NCBI GenBank assembly: GCA_030141605.1
Contig: JAQGDQ010000104.1
Location: forward strand, 1 to 64,000
Source of the DNA: Tubiluchus corallicola
Lineage: Eukaryota; Animalia; Priapulida
DNA length: 64,000 nucleotides
Reading direction: 5' to 3'
In this document: positions 62,819 to 64,000 of the stretch, piece after piece
How positions within the stretch are numbered: position 1 is the first letter of the stretch
How the letters are laid out: each line of letters begins with the position of its first letter
The notes under the pieces: generated by a model
Databases searched by the model: none
What the model saw: only the letters and a program-made list of their open reading frames with translations
Told to the model about the DNA's origin: nothing
Made by a program: the position numbers and the translations under genes

Positions 62819-64000
62819 CTCTTTGCTGCTGTCACTGCCATGATATCAACGCTTCATTTATTTTACTGTTTTCCGTTTTGTGTTGATTGTCTGGCTGCAT
62901 GTAAAAAGAAACAAGAGATTTTAGCGTCTTTTCGAGAAATTCTTGTAGGTCGTTTTTATTTGAATTTTGTAATTGTCCGGCTAGAATAGAAGAGCATAGA
63001 ATTTTATTTTTTACATAGAACACTTTGAATTGTATATTTAATATTTCAATAATGGTCCATGGAATGTTAGTATAATTAAAAATTGACTAAAGTGCTAAAA
63101 CAAACAAATTATAAAATGCATGTACAGTATTTTGTAAAAGTAGATACAGGCTAAAAGCAAAGCTAGATAAAGGTGCTGAATTAGACAGGTTAAAATTCTT
63201 TGTAAAATAATAGTAATAAAAACAAAAATTAAACAAAATTAGGAAAAAAAATGCTAAATTAGATAAATTATAAAACACATTGTAAAATTATAAATAAAGC
63301 AAATCTTCAGTCAGTGAATCGGTGTTTAAGTGTTAAAATTTAATTAAAAAAACATTTCTGACGCAAAAAATACAGAAAACCGCAATTCTAAAACTTAATA
63401 CAGGTATAATTACATTAAAATATGAATTACTTGGTATTATATACATTGTTTAACGTGAATGTTTATAATAGCTGGAGAAATTACCACTGACTATCATCAG
63501 TTAGTGTTTGCCCCTCCTTCCCCTGCATCTCTGTATGGATAAAAAAACACATATCACGATGACATGTAAAAGTCACGAGTATCTTAAAATGGCTTTTGCT
63601 TTTTCACCCATTTAATAACGTAACAGTTTATAAACACTTTTTAACGGAGACAACAAATCAGGTTCGTTATCAAGCTGCCGCGCTTTATTCGCAAATTTAA
63701 ATATTGTAATTTCTGGAAGTTTTGTGATTTTTCAGCCAAATTTAGAACTTTCGGCAAACTACAAGTTTATATAAACAATAAAGTTCAATAAACACAGGAC
63801 TGTGTGGGTTTCGTCAGGTTTCGGTTTTTTGATGTTTGTGATTTTTCCCGATTTCCAAAATAAAGGGGTCTAACGGAACATAAGTGCTCAACACTCGTTA
63901 ATAATGCATAAAATTACGAATTGCTGTTTGAGAATATATCACATTAACCTTGTATATAGTACACAGCATTACCTAGTGTCGCCTTAATTTCCTCACATTT

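Overview
This is AT-rich genomic DNA from a bilaterian invertebrate, judged from spliceosomal introns, microsatellites and animal transposons. The window opens with a young, apparently intact BEL/Pao LTR retrotransposon (single 1932-aa gag-pol ORF). Its 3' LTR stops after 66 bp, and a near-identical full LTR with its own 5-bp TSD sits 750 bp further on, inside a 35-bp minisatellite. Next is a 4-exon H-type ferritin on the minus strand with a TATA box and a cap-proximal iron-responsive element. Just upstream of ferritin lies a 500-bp 5S-rRNA-headed SINE with a perfect 12-bp TSD. An intronless pentraxin gene follows, whose signal peptide is separated from the rest of the protein by one in-frame TAA. 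Then come a 2-exon NK4 (tinman/Nkx2.5-class) homeobox gene, an intronless type II membrane GT-A glycosyltransferase resembling a plant/fungal/algal family, and a probable first exon of another gene near the right end. Intergenic and intronic DNA carries three piggyBac-type MITEs, Tc1/pogo-, hAT-, Harbinger- and Mutator/foldback-type MITEs, Helentron-like repeats, decayed LINE fragments, a probable Gypsy solo LTR, and many micro- and minisatellites. There is no CRISPR array. All calls were made by eye, without database searches.
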